DNA of 38,158 nucleotides from Candidatus Vogelbacteria bacterium (GCA_016215345.1 JACRKD010000043.1:1-38158), one strand, 5' to 3'; shown: positions 8,560-17,672, counted from the stretch's first letter. The notes: generated from the letters alone by a model not told the origin. A program made the numbers and translations.

Positions 8560-9618
8560 ATGGGCATAACGGATAGGTTTTACAAAGTCTTCTCCAGCGA
8601 TGTGGGCATCGATCTCGGTACCGCTAATACGCTTGTCTATCTTAGGGGGATGGGTATCGTGATTGATGAACCTTCGGTTGTCGCGCTTAACCAAAAGACC
8701 GGCAGGATTGTCGCCGTTGGAAAGGAGGCCAAGCAGATGATTGGCCGTACCCCGGGGCATATCGTGGCTATCAGGCCTCTTGTGGACGGGGTGATTTCTG
8801 ATTTCGAGGTTACGGAGGAGATGTTGGGATATTTCGTAAGGAAAGCGCGGGAACTTGCCAAGGGAAAACTAATTCGTCCGAGACTTCTTGTGGGTGTGCC
8901 ATCCGGGATAACGAATGTTGAAAGGCGAGCCGTTAGAGATGCCGGGATCAACGCTGGGGCCAGAGAGGTTATCGTGATAGAAGAGCCGATGTCGGCGGCT
9001 ATCGGCATCCATCTTCCGGTTATGGATCCGGTCGGGAATATGATTATAGATATAGGCGGGGGGACAACGGATATCGCGGTTATCTCTTTGGGCGGTATCG
9101 TCCAGTCTAAGAATCTTCGGGTGGCCGGAGATAAGTTTAACGAAGATATAATTTCTTACGTTCGGGATGAATTTAAAATTCTCTTGGGGGAAAAAACTGC
9201 CGAGGAGGTTAAGATCGCCATTGGTTCAGCCTGCGCCGGCGAGGTATCTACCGAGGCGACTATGCGCGGAAGAGACTTGGTTACTGGCCTCCCGAGGGAA
9301 GTTATCGTTACCGATAAGGATATCCGCGAGGCACTCACTGCTTCGCTCGAGGTGCTTATAAATTCGGTTAAAGAAGTTTTGGAATTAACCCCGCCGGAAA
9401 TTGTTTCGGATATAATGCATAGGGGTATCGTTTTGGTTGGCGGAGGGTCTATGATAAAGGGCTTGCGAAACGTTCTTGAAACTGAAATTGGCATACCGGT
9501 TTATGTCGCCGATGATCCGCTTACCGCCGTTGTTCGCGGTACGGGTGTTGTTCTTGAAAACATGGGACTATATGGTGAAGTTTTGATAGACAACGAAGAT
9601 GAAATTCCGCCAAGATAA
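8560..9618 (+). CDS. mreB: Rod-shape-determining protein MreB (paralog 2, in the mreBCD operon)
   Basis: 352 aa. Contains IDLGTANTLVY and DIGGGTTDIAVISLGG, and is directly followed by mreC, an mreD-like gene and a PBP2 gene. Confidence 0.95.
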   Translation: MGITDRFYKVFSSDVGIDLGTANTLVYLRGMGIVIDEPSVVALNQKTGRIVAVGKEAKQMIGRTPGHIVAIRPLVDGVISDFEVTEEMLGYFVRKARELAKGKLIRPRLLVGVPSGITNVERRAVRDAGINAGAREVIVIEEPMSAAIGIHLPVMDPVGNMIIDIGGGTTDIAVISLGGIVQSKNLRVAGDKFNEDIISYVRDEFKILLGEKTAEEVKIAIGSACAGEVSTEATMRGRDLVTGLPREVIVTDKDIREALTASLEVLINSVKEVLELTPPEIVSDIMHRGIVLVGGGSMIKGLRNVLETEIGIPVYVADDPLTAVVRGTGVVLENMGLYGEVLIDNEDEIPPR

Positions 9619-10444
9619 AACAAAATCCAAGGATGGCGTAAAATATTTTCTACTTATTTTTTTGGTTGGGCTGGTTTTTTACTTTGGCCTCTCTTTTTTG
9701 AGGGAGACGACTTATGCCGTTCTTTCTTTTATCGGAAGACCGCTTTGGACCATTGCGTCCCAAGTTAATATTAAGAAGAGTGAGATTTACGCTTCTGTCG
9801 CCTACAAAAGGAGTCTTGAGACCGATAATTTACGCTTAAGAGCCGAGAATGATAATTTAAAGCTCCTGACCCTTTCTCTTCCAGTTTTGCAGACGGAAAA
9901 CATAGAACTAAAAAGAATTTTAGGGAGGGAAGATAATGGATCTTCCACATCTGGGGTCTTATCTAGAGCCGCTCTGGTCGGTGGCTCAAGGTTCGTGTTG
10001 GCCAATGTGTTGTCTGGGCCAGTTGTACCGCCGTATAGCAGTTTGATATTAGACGTTGGCGAGGATCAAAATATTTCTCCCGGAGATAAGATAATTGCCG
10101 GGCCTAACGTCGTTTTAGGTGAAGTTATAGAAGTTTCAAGGTTATCGTCCAGAGCTGTTTTGTATTCGTCTTATGGCACTGAAACTGAAGTTATAATTAA
10201 CGCTGAAATCCCTATCCGCGCCATTGCGGTTGGCTATGGTGGCGGGAACTTTTATGTTGAAATAGAGAATAGTACTGTTGTTACAAGTGGCATGGCCGCG
10301 AATATTCCGGGGAAAGAGGGATACGTTCTGGGTATCGCGGAGTTTGTAAAAAAGAACGAGTCGAGCGCGTCCCAAAAGATACTTTTCAGATATCCCATAA
10401 ACCCCAGTCAGGTGAAATTTGTTAGAGTAAGTAAAAATTTGTAA
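9599..10444 (+). CDS. mreC: Rod-shape-determining protein MreC
   Basis: 281 aa. Has an N-terminal TM segment, a coiled-coil region (LRLRAENDNLKLL) and a beta-rich C-terminal domain with GDKIIAG...VVTSG. Its position after mreB supports the call. Confidence 0.8.
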   Translation: MKFRQDKTKSKDGVKYFLLIFLVGLVFYFGLSFLRETTYAVLSFIGRPLWTIASQVNIKKSEIYASVAYKRSLETDNLRLRAENDNLKLLTLSLPVLQTENIELKRILGREDNGSSTSGVLSRAALVGGSRFVLANVLSGPVVPPYSSLILDVGEDQNISPGDKIIAGPNVVLGEVIEVSRLSSRAVLYSSYGTETEVIINAEIPIRAIAVGYGGGNFYVEIENSTVVTSGMAANIPGKEGYVLGIAEFVKKNESSASQKILFRYPINPSQVKFVRVSKNL

Positions 10445-10446
10445 TA

Positions 10447-10713
10447 ATGTTCTCGATGAGAGTTCTGTTGGATATGATTCTGCTCCTCGCAATCTTTTTA
10501 GCGCCATGGTGGCTCGTGGTTCTCTTTGGGATCGCGCTCCTATTTGTCATGGACAGATTCTATGAATTTATTATTGCTGGGTTTTTTATAGATGTTCTTT
10601 ATGGAAATAAAATTGTCTCGATTTATCACTTCGACCTTTTTTTCTTTATCGTGGCCGTAGTTTTGTATATGTTTTTTAGCAGATTGAAGGTATCAATTAG
10701 AGCTAATGTTTAA
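10447..10713 (+). CDS. mreD: Small polytopic membrane protein, MreD-like by position
   Basis: 88 aa and very hydrophobic. Lies between mreC and the PBP2 gene and overlaps the PBP2 start by 8 nt. The assignment rests on synteny only. Confidence 0.5.
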   Translation: MFSMRVLLDMILLLAIFLAPWWLVVLFGIALLFVMDRFYEFIIAGFFIDVLYGNKIVSIYHFDLFFFIVAVVLYMFFSRLKVSIRANV

Positions 10714-12421
10714 AAAAAATAGCAGACAAGTACAACATAATGATATAGATCCGGATGAAATTTTTTTGGATTCCAGTAATCTACCGTCGTTTGATACCGA
10801 TCTTTTTGAGGGGAGGCTGGAAAAACCGATATCCCCCAAAACGATTGTTATTCTTGGTCTCTCCTTTCTGTTAATCTCTTTTGTTTATATTGCTCGGGCA
10901 TATTCTTTGGATATTGTAAATGGCAACTATTTCGCCGATCGAAGTGCAGGGAATAATTTGAAGACCGTGCCGGTGTATCCGGAGCGCGGAAAAATTTATG
11001 ATCGGAATGGCGTGCTTCTGGCGTGGAACGAGTTAAGTGGCCGCGTGTATCTTCCCGACTCCGGGGTTGCTCACATCGTCGGTTATGTAGGATTTCCCAC
11101 CCAGAAGGAGATTGACCTGGGGGTTACAGATAATCCGAAAGAATATATAGGCAAGGATGGCGTAGAAAAGAAATTTAATGATGTCTTGCGTGGCTTGCCT
11201 GGGGCCAAGATCGCAGAAGTAGATGCCCATGGTGATATTGTTTCTGAACACATCTTTCAGCCCGGGGTAGCGGGACGAGATATAACCTTGGCGGTAGATT
11301 CGAGAGTTACCAAAAAGTTTTATGAAGAGATCCATAAACTTGCAAATGAGTATAAATTTTCAGCCGGCGCGGGAGTGATAATAGACACCAAGACTGGAGA
11401 AGTTTTGGCTATGACAAGCTATCCGGAATACGACCCCAATGTTTTGGTTGGCGGTAGTGACTCGAAGAAAATAGGAAGCTATATGACTGACGACAAGAAA
11501 CCATTTTTGAATCGCGCCATTTCCGGATTATATACTCCTGGATCAATCGTTAAGCCTGTTTTTGCCCTTGGGGCACTAAACGAAAAGTTGATAAGTCCGG
11601 AGAAGAAGATTTATAGTAAGGGCTATATATCGGTTCAAAATCCTTTTTTCCCTGACAAACAGTCGATATATAAAGATTGGAAGGCTCACGGCTGGGTGGA
11701 TATGAGGAGAGCTCTCGCCATATCGTCTGACGTCTACTTTTATGCTCTTGGGGGTGGATATGAGGATCAGAAAGGTCTAGGCATAGAGCGTCTCGACAGA
11801 TATGCTTCGATGTTTGGAATGGGTCAAGTAACTGGAATTGAGTTGGATAAAGAGATGGCTGGTAACATTCCAACTCCGGCATGGAAGGCGAGCACTACCA
11901 AGGATTCTCTTTGGAGGCTCGGGGATACTTATATAAGTTCTATAGGCCAATATGGATTTTTAACTACTCCTATTCAAATGGCTAAGGTGGCGGCCGCCAT
12001 TGGGACGAATGGCAAACTTGTTAGGCCGACTATTTTTTTCAGTAACATTGTTGACAGCGATCGATATTTGGGCAGTGTCACAATAGCCCTCGATTCTTAT
12101 TCCGAGATCAATATTTCTCCAGAAAATTTTCGGGTCGTGCAAGAAGGGATGAGAGAAGGGGTAACTGATTCCGATGGTACAGCTAGAGCATTAAATCTTT
12201 TTGACGTTAAGGTGGCCGCTAAGACCGGTACGGCGGAGCTTGGGATAACCAAAAAAATGGTTAACTCTTGGGGCATGGGATATTTTCCCTATGATAGCCC
12301 GAAATTTTCATTTGCTATAGTTATGGAGCGGGGCAGTAGGGAGAATGTGGTGGGTGCGAATTCGGCGATGAGGCGGCTTCTTGAGTGGATGGTTGTTAAC
12401 ACGCCGGAGTATATTCAATGA
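10706..12421 (+). CDS. mrdA: Penicillin-binding protein 2 (elongation transpeptidase)
   Basis: 571 aa. Has an N-terminal TM segment, SIVK (SxxK), SSD (SxN-like) and KTGTA motifs. Its operon context with mreBCD supports the call. Confidence 0.9.
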   Translation: MFKKNSRQVQHNDIDPDEIFLDSSNLPSFDTDLFEGRLEKPISPKTIVILGLSFLLISFVYIARAYSLDIVNGNYFADRSAGNNLKTVPVYPERGKIYDRNGVLLAWNELSGRVYLPDSGVAHIVGYVGFPTQKEIDLGVTDNPKEYIGKDGVEKKFNDVLRGLPGAKIAEVDAHGDIVSEHIFQPGVAGRDITLAVDSRVTKKFYEEIHKLANEYKFSAGAGVIIDTKTGEVLAMTSYPEYDPNVLVGGSDSKKIGSYMTDDKKPFLNRAISGLYTPGSIVKPVFALGALNEKLISPEKKIYSKGYISVQNPFFPDKQSIYKDWKAHGWVDMRRALAISSDVYFYALGGGYEDQKGLGIERLDRYASMFGMGQVTGIELDKEMAGNIPTPAWKASTTKDSLWRLGDTYISSIGQYGFLTTPIQMAKVAAAIGTNGKLVRPTIFFSNIVDSDRYLGSVTIALDSYSEINISPENFRVVQEGMREGVTDSDGTARALNLFDVKVAAKTGTAELGITKKMVNSWGMGYFPYDSPKFSFAIVMERGSRENVVGANSAMRRLLEWMVVNTPEYIQ

Positions 12422-12449
12422 GTTTTATTTTTAGGTTTCGGCAAGACTT

Positions 12450-13490
12450 ATGAGCAAATATATTTTTAAAGAAGTAGAAATACAAGAATATAAAAACCTA
12501 ACTCTCTCCAAGAGTTTGCCTCTTACACAAAATTATTTTTATGGTGAATGGCAGGAGGCAGTCGGCAGACCTGTCAGGTATTTTGCCATTACTGAAGAAA
12601 ATAAAATTGTTGCTACAGCTTTGGCTATTAAATTTTCAATGCCGTTTGGAAAGTCATACCTTTATATGCCCCATGGGCCGGTTTTGTATACTGATCTCCC
12701 CGACGACTTTTTTGGTGAGTTTAAATATTTTGTAAAAAAACTTACACAAAACGACGGCAGTGTTTTTTGCCGTTTCGACACTTGGGGGTTCAACCTCCAA
12801 GTAGAAGGTTCAACCTTCTACTTGGATAAAATGTTTTTTAGGGTGCCAAAGTTTGCTTATTCTCCCGTCTTTCAACCGAAATTTGAGTGGGTAATCGACT
12901 TGACTCAAGACGAAGCTTCGATCGTGGCCTCTATGAAAAAGGTTAATAGATATACCATTAGGCAGGCCAACAAAAATAGCGTTGTAGTAGACACTGTAAG
13001 TTTCGGCTTCATGGATTACTTCGAAGATTTTTATAAGTTAGTGTCTAAGACGGCGATTCGGGACAGGTTTATAGAGTACCCGAAAGAATATTATTTTAAC
13101 ATTTTTAAAAACTGCGAAGAAAATAAAACTTGTTTTTTGAATATTGCCCGATTAAATGGCGAAGTGTTACTCGTAAATATGTTTATAATTTTCGGCGATA
13201 CTGCACTCTGGTTGTTCAGCGGATCCAGCAACAAAGAGAGGCAAGCGGGGTATACTTATTTTGCGCAGTGGAAGGCGATACAAGAAGCGAAAAAACTAGG
13301 GTTAAAATACTACAATTTTGGCGGAATTATGCCAAGCGACAATCTTTATAAGGCCTATAGAGGCTGGGCCGGTTTGTCTGATTTTAAGCGCAGATTTGGT
13401 GGTTTCCAGTTGGAATATAGTGATTTTTACGACGTCATCGCAGATAAGTTTTGGTACGCGGTCTATTTATTGAAGAAGTTTTTTATTTGA
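12450..13490 (+). CDS. FemAB-family peptidoglycan interpeptide-bridge aminoacyltransferase
   Basis: 346 aa. YTYFAQWKAIQEAKKLGLKYYNFGGI and the C-terminal GLSDFKRRFGG are typical of the FemX/MurM family. Confidence 0.8.
   Translation: MSKYIFKEVEIQEYKNLTLSKSLPLTQNYFYGEWQEAVGRPVRYFAITEENKIVATALAIKFSMPFGKSYLYMPHGPVLYTDLPDDFFGEFKYFVKKLTQNDGSVFCRFDTWGFNLQVEGSTFYLDKMFFRVPKFAYSPVFQPKFEWVIDLTQDEASIVASMKKVNRYTIRQANKNSVVVDTVSFGFMDYFEDFYKLVSKTAIRDRFIEYPKEYYFNIFKNCEENKTCFLNIARLNGEVLLVNMFIIFGDTALWLFSGSSNKERQAGYTYFAQWKAIQEAKKLGLKYYNFGGIMPSDNLYKAYRGWAGLSDFKRRFGGFQLEYSDFYDVIADKFWYAVYLLKKFFI
12797..12825. repeat. 29 nt perfect palindrome inside the FemAB-family ORF
   Basis: Sequence is CCAAGTAGAAGGTT-C-AACCTTCTACTTGG, with 14 nt arms. 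It contains the AAGGTTCAACCTT core (12805-12817). GGTTCAACCT also occurs 20 nt upstream (12787-12796). It is read in frame as QVEGSTFYL. Confidence 0.85.
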
Positions 13491-13524
13491 CTTATGAGTT
13501 AGCTTAATATAATATTTATCAAAT

Positions 13525-13995
13525 ATGAGTCCAACTGTAGAATATTTAACAAAAGAAAAGTTAGCCGAACTTGAAAAGGAGCTTGCGCAGGCCAAGAATG
13601 TAACACGCAAGGAGATTGCGGAAGCGTTGGAGTTTGCGAAGTCTCTTGGAGATCTTTCTGAAAATGCCGAATATCACCAAGCAAGAGAAAACCAGGGGTT
13701 ATTGGAGGACAGAATTTTGGAAATTGAAGATATCTTGAAGAGGGCCGTTGTAGTTTCTGATAAATCAAGCGGACAGGCTGTAAGTATGGGTTCGACCGTT
13801 ACTATTTTAAAGGAAGGAGATAAAGAGTCGAGGACTTGTAAGGTTGTAGGATCTGAAGAGGCCGATGTTGTCACTGCGCAAGTCTCGAACGAATGCCCGC
13901 TAGGTATGGCTATTCTTGGAAGAAAGGTTGGCGAAAGCTTTACTGTTCTAGCCCCCAAGGGGAAGGTGAACTACAAAGTTGTGGCCATCAAATAA
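13525..13995 (+). CDS. greA: Transcription elongation factor GreA
   Basis: 156 aa. Contains GDLSENAEYHQARENQ, a coiled-coil N-terminal domain and a GreA/B C-terminal domain. Confidence 0.9.
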   Translation: MSPTVEYLTKEKLAELEKELAQAKNVTRKEIAEALEFAKSLGDLSENAEYHQARENQGLLEDRILEIEDILKRAVVVSDKSSGQAVSMGSTVTILKEGDKESRTCKVVGSEEADVVTAQVSNECPLGMAILGRKVGESFTVLAPKGKVNYKVVAIK

Positions 13996-14025
13996 TAGTA
14001 GCTCGTTTAATTCCAAATTTAGAAA

Positions 14026-15486
14026 ATGGCTTCGATAGAAGAGATTCGCAGTGAACGAATTAAGAAACTTGGTATATTGAAGAATGCCGGAATCGTCGCA
14101 TTTCCCGCTAAATCAAAGAGGGATTTGTATATTGGCGAGGCCTCTTCTCGTTTCGACGAGTTATCTACAAGGGGTGACTTATTTTTAGTCGGACGTGTTA
14201 TGGCTCTTCGGGGCCAAGGCGCGTTGGTTTTTTTTAATCTTTACGACGGCACCGGGACGATTCAGGGGCTTCTAAAAAAGGGAGAGATAGATGACGCCAA
14301 GTTTGATTTATTTAATGAGGCTATAGATATAGGGGATTTTGTACAGTTTTTTGGAAATCTTTTTTTGACTAAGAGGGGAGAAAAAACTATTCAGGTTAAG
14401 GATTGGGCGATACTTTCGAAAAGCCTTCGACCTCTTCCTGGGGAATACTATGGGTTTAAAGACGAAGAAGAAAAACTCCGAAAGAGGTATTTAGACATTT
14501 TGATAAACGACGATGTTAAAAGCCTCGTTTTAAAAAGATCAAAGTTCTGGACATCGATTAGAAATTTTTTGACGTCGAGAGGATTTCTCGAAGTAGAAAC
14601 ACCAGTTTTAGAAAATACAGCTGGCGGAGCTGAAGCCAGGCCGTTTATAACGCACCATAACGCTCTTAACATGGACGTTTACTTGAGGATTTCCGCGGGG
14701 GAGCTTTGGCAGAAGAGACTAATGGTTGCCGGTCTTCCTAAGGTCTTCGAGATAGCTAGAATTTTCAGGAATGAAGGTATGGATGCGGAGCATTTACAGG
14801 ATTATACACAGGTGGAGTTTTATCAGGCCTATTCGGACTACAACGAGGGCATGGAGATGATAAAAGAGATGTATCGATATATTGCGAAAGAAACTTTTGG
14901 TACAGAAAAATTTACAATAAAGGGAGTAGAAGTTGATCTTGGTAAGGATTGGGCTGTTTATGATTACGCCGCTAAGATCCAGCAGATGACCGGCATCGAT
15001 ATCTGGTCCTCGAATCTTGATGAGATGATCGCCAAACTGCGCGAGCTCAAGGTGGAATATGATCCGAAGGGTTTTAACAAGACTAGGGCGATAGATAATA
15101 TTTGGAAATACTGTAGAAAACAAATTGCGGGTCCGGGGTTTCTTATTAACGTTCCGGTATTCATGGAGCCACTAGCCAAGAAAAAAGAAGGTGATGAGAG
15201 AGTCGTGGAGAGGTTCCAGGTTATACTCGCCGGTTCTGAAGTAGGCAAGGGGTTCAGTGAGTTGAATGACCCGATCGATCAAGAGGAGAGATTTATGGAA
15301 CAGGCTGGACTCCGTGAAGGAGGCGATGAAGAGGCGCAGATGCATGATCATGATTACGTTGAAGCCATGGAGTATGGAATGCCTCCAACTTTTGGTTTTG
15401 GTGTAAGTGAGAGACTTTTTGCTTTTTTCTCGGATAAGCCCGCTAGGGACTGTCAAATTTTTCCGCTCATGCGTCCTAAGGATTAG
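14026..15486 (+). CDS. lysS: Lysyl-tRNA synthetase, class II
   Basis: 486 aa. Contains GGAEARPFITHHNAL, RIFRNEGMDAEHLQDYTQVEFYQAY and the C-terminal GFGVSERL motif. Confidence 0.95.
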   Translation: MASIEEIRSERIKKLGILKNAGIVAFPAKSKRDLYIGEASSRFDELSTRGDLFLVGRVMALRGQGALVFFNLYDGTGTIQGLLKKGEIDDAKFDLFNEAIDIGDFVQFFGNLFLTKRGEKTIQVKDWAILSKSLRPLPGEYYGFKDEEEKLRKRYLDILINDDVKSLVLKRSKFWTSIRNFLTSRGFLEVETPVLENTAGGAEARPFITHHNALNMDVYLRISAGELWQKRLMVAGLPKVFEIARIFRNEGMDAEHLQDYTQVEFYQAYSDYNEGMEMIKEMYRYIAKETFGTEKFTIKGVEVDLGKDWAVYDYAAKIQQMTGIDIWSSNLDEMIAKLRELKVEYDPKGFNKTRAIDNIWKYCRKQIAGPGFLINVPVFMEPLAKKKEGDERVVERFQVILAGSEVGKGFSELNDPIDQEERFMEQAGLREGGDEEAQMHDHDYVEAMEYGMPPTFGFGVSERLFAFFSDKPARDCQIFPLMRPKD

Positions 15487-16100
15487 TGGCGGTAATTGCT
15501 ATTGAGGAATCTAACTATAGGTGTATAATACACCCAGATTCAAACTCCCTAGATTCTTTACGATTCCGTATAGCAGAGAAAGGAAGGTGGAAAGTGAAAG
15601 TTGGATTGATATTTGGTTATGGACAAAATGCCGACGGTAGTCTTTTGGATCAGACAAGGGATCGCTGTGATGTGGGCGTAGCCTTGTACCGCGGAGGAAA
15701 GATTGGCAAGATTTTTCTGACGGTTGCTGTGGAACAGGCGGGGGTGAAAATGGCCGATGCTATGTATCACTGCCTGGTCCGTCAAGGTGTAACCCCACGG
15801 GATATCTTGATCAACCGACGGGGGTTGAATACAGCGGGCGAAATGGACGTGTTTCTCACAGCTCTCGGACCTCTTTTGTCAGGGGCTAAAGTGCAAGTAA
15901 CCTTTATCTCTACTTGGTACCATATACCGCGCATCTTTTGGCTCGCGCTCTGGCGGGTTTCACCACGCTTAATCTCTTTCGGTATTGCGTGGCGGTATGC
16001 TCATCCATGGGCTGACGTTTGTATCGAATTCGCGAAGATGGTGAATGCGATCCTTCGGCCAAGATCCTCGGCTAGGATTTTGAAAAGTCCGCTACAGTAG
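15486..16100 (+). CDS. DUF218 (YdcF/ElyC/SanA-like) domain protein
   Basis: The ORF track uses GTG at 15486. An in-frame GTG at 15594 preceded by AGGAAGGTGG is a more likely start. Family-like features are GYGQNADG...R...ALYRGGKIGKIFLT, NTAGEM and VTFISTWYHIPR. Confidence 0.7.
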   Translation: MAVIAIEESNYRCIIHPDSNSLDSLRFRIAEKGRWKVKVGLIFGYGQNADGSLLDQTRDRCDVGVALYRGGKIGKIFLTVAVEQAGVKMADAMYHCLVRQGVTPRDILINRRGLNTAGEMDVFLTALGPLLSGAKVQVTFISTWYHIPRIFWLALWRVSPRLISFGIAWRYAHPWADVCIEFAKMVNAILRPRSSARILKSPLQ

Positions 16101-16131
16101 TAGGGAAAGTTTTGCCCCGCCAGTAGAGAGT

Positions 16132-16153
16132 GGCCCCTTAAACGGGCCTTTTT
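16132..16153 (+). terminator. Weak intrinsic terminator
   Basis: GGCCC (16132-16136) pairs with GGGCC (16144-16148), 7 nt loop, then TTTTT. Confidence 0.45.
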
Positions 16154-16169
16154 AATTCACCCTTATTTT

Positions 16170-16218
16170 CTGCAAGGTTCAACCTTACTGTAGGGTTGAA
16201 CCTTGCATGTCCTTGCAG
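16170..16218. repeat. 14 bp perfect inverted repeat with a duplicated 3' arm segment
   Basis: TGCAAGGTTCAACC (16171-16184) pairs with GGTTGAACCTTGCA (16194-16207) across a 9 nt loop. CCTTGCA is repeated at 16211-16217, so CTGCAAGG (16170-16177) can pair with either copy. Contains AAGGTTCAACCTT (16174-16186). Confidence 0.85.
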
Positions 16219-16255
16219 GTATTTAAATTATTGGGTTATCCACACTGTTTGCTAT

Positions 16256-16310
16256 TTGTGTTGTGTGGGCTGATGGGATATAATGTTAACCAAGTGGGAT
16301 AAAGTGGGCT
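16256..16310 (+). promoter_or_regulatory. Putative mraZ (dcw) promoter with MraZ-box-like GTGGG direct repeats
   Basis: TATAAT lies at 16279-16284 with TTGTGT 17 nt upstream. GTGGG or TGGG occurs at 16265, 16274, 16294 and 16304. The last two form AAGTGGGATA and AAGTGGGCTA, exactly 10 nt apart. All lie 35-80 nt upstream of the mraZ ATG. Confidence 0.55.
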
Positions 16311-16344
16311 AGTTCGGCAAGTTCACCACAAGCAGTGAAAAATA

Positions 16345-16779
16345 ATGCTAATTGGAGAATATAAACATACACTGGATCAAAAAAAGCGTGTTTCTTTGCC
16401 TGCGCGGCTTCGTAAAGAGATGGGTGACGAGGTCGTGATTACTCATGGACTTGATGGCTCACTTTTCATTTATAAAGTTTCCGAATGGGAGAAGGTGGCG
16501 GAGAAGCTCGGCGGACTTTCGATGGGACAGGCTGACAGTCGTGGTTTCAATAGGTTTATGCTTGCCGGTGCTACGCTAGTTGAACTGGATTCGGTGGGAA
16601 GGATGTTAATTCCTGATTTCTTGAAAGATTTTGCGGGGCTCAAAGAGAAGGTTGTGATAATCGGAGTCCACTCGAGACTTGAAATATGGGACGAAGATAG
16701 ATGGACTGCGTACAAGAGTAAGGTTACAGGCGAAGCTGATAAGCTTGCGGAGAAGTTGGGCGAGGTGGGCGCGATTTAG
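16345..16779 (+). CDS. mraZ: Transcriptional regulator MraZ
   Basis: 144 aa. Has two SpoVT/AbrB-like halves carrying LDQKKRVSLP and LDSVGRMLIP. Confidence 0.95.
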   Translation: MLIGEYKHTLDQKKRVSLPARLRKEMGDEVVITHGLDGSLFIYKVSEWEKVAEKLGGLSMGQADSRGFNRFMLAGATLVELDSVGRMLIPDFLKDFAGLKEKVVIIGVHSRLEIWDEDRWTAYKSKVTGEADKLAEKLGEVGAI

Positions 16780-16781
16780 TT

Positions 16782-17672
16782 ATGGCACATATTCCTGTTC
16801 TTTTAAATGAGGCGATCGAGGGATTGAATATTCACCCCGGAGATACAATTTTAGACGGTACATTCGGCGGAGGCGGACACTCCTCTTTAATTTGTGAAAA
16901 GATTGGGAAAGCGGGAACTCTTGTCGCGATAGATGCAGATAGCGAAGCGAAGGAAAGAGCGAATAAAAAAGGTTGGAACTGTAAGTTTGAGCTCGTTACA
17001 GATAACTTCAGAAATCTGGACGTAATACTTAATGCAAGAGGAATTAAAAAGGTTGATGGGGTTTTATTTGATCTCGGGCTAAGTTCATTTCAGCTTGACG
17101 ATTCCGGAAGAGGATTTACTTTCCAGAAAGATGAACCGCTCAAGATGACTTTTCACACCAAAGAAGGCGGTCTGACCGCAGAAGAGATTGTTAATGAGTG
17201 GGATGAAAATAATCTTGCCGATATTATTTACGGTTATGGCGGGGAGCAGTTTTCAAAAAGAATCGCCAAGGGTATCGTAGGGGCGAGAGAAGAGAAACAC
17301 GTTAAGACGACCTTCGAGCTTGTAAGGATAATAGAATCTGCCGTTCCGAACTTTTACAAACTAAGAAAAATTCACTGCGCGACAAAAACTTTCCAAGCGA
17401 TAAGGATCGCTGTAAATGATGAGATGGTTGCGCTTAGGGAGGTTCTGCCGAAAGCGTGGATGGTGATCGCGCCGCACGGAAGACTCGCCGTGATTTCATT
17501 TCATGAGCTGGAGGATCGAACAGTGAAGAATTTTTTAAGAGAAAAAGCAAAATTGAAAGAGTGTAATTTGATAACAAAAAAGCCGATTATGCCGGGAGAT
17601 AAAGAAATAGCGGACAATCTCAGATCCAGAAGCGCCAAATTGAGAATAGGAGAAAAAAATGTTTCTAAATAA
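16782..17672 (+). CDS. rsmH: 16S rRNA (cytosine1402-N4)-methyltransferase
   Basis: 296 aa. Contains HIPVLLNEAI, DGTFGGGGHS, DLGLSSFQLD and SFHELEDR. Confidence 0.95.
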   Translation: MAHIPVLLNEAIEGLNIHPGDTILDGTFGGGGHSSLICEKIGKAGTLVAIDADSEAKERANKKGWNCKFELVTDNFRNLDVILNARGIKKVDGVLFDLGLSSFQLDDSGRGFTFQKDEPLKMTFHTKEGGLTAEEIVNEWDENNLADIIYGYGGEQFSKRIAKGIVGAREEKHVKTTFELVRIIESAVPNFYKLRKIHCATKTFQAIRIAVNDEMVALREVLPKAWMVIAPHGRLAVISFHELEDRTVKNFLREKAKLKECNLITKKPIMPGDKEIADNLRSRSAKLRIGEKNVSK

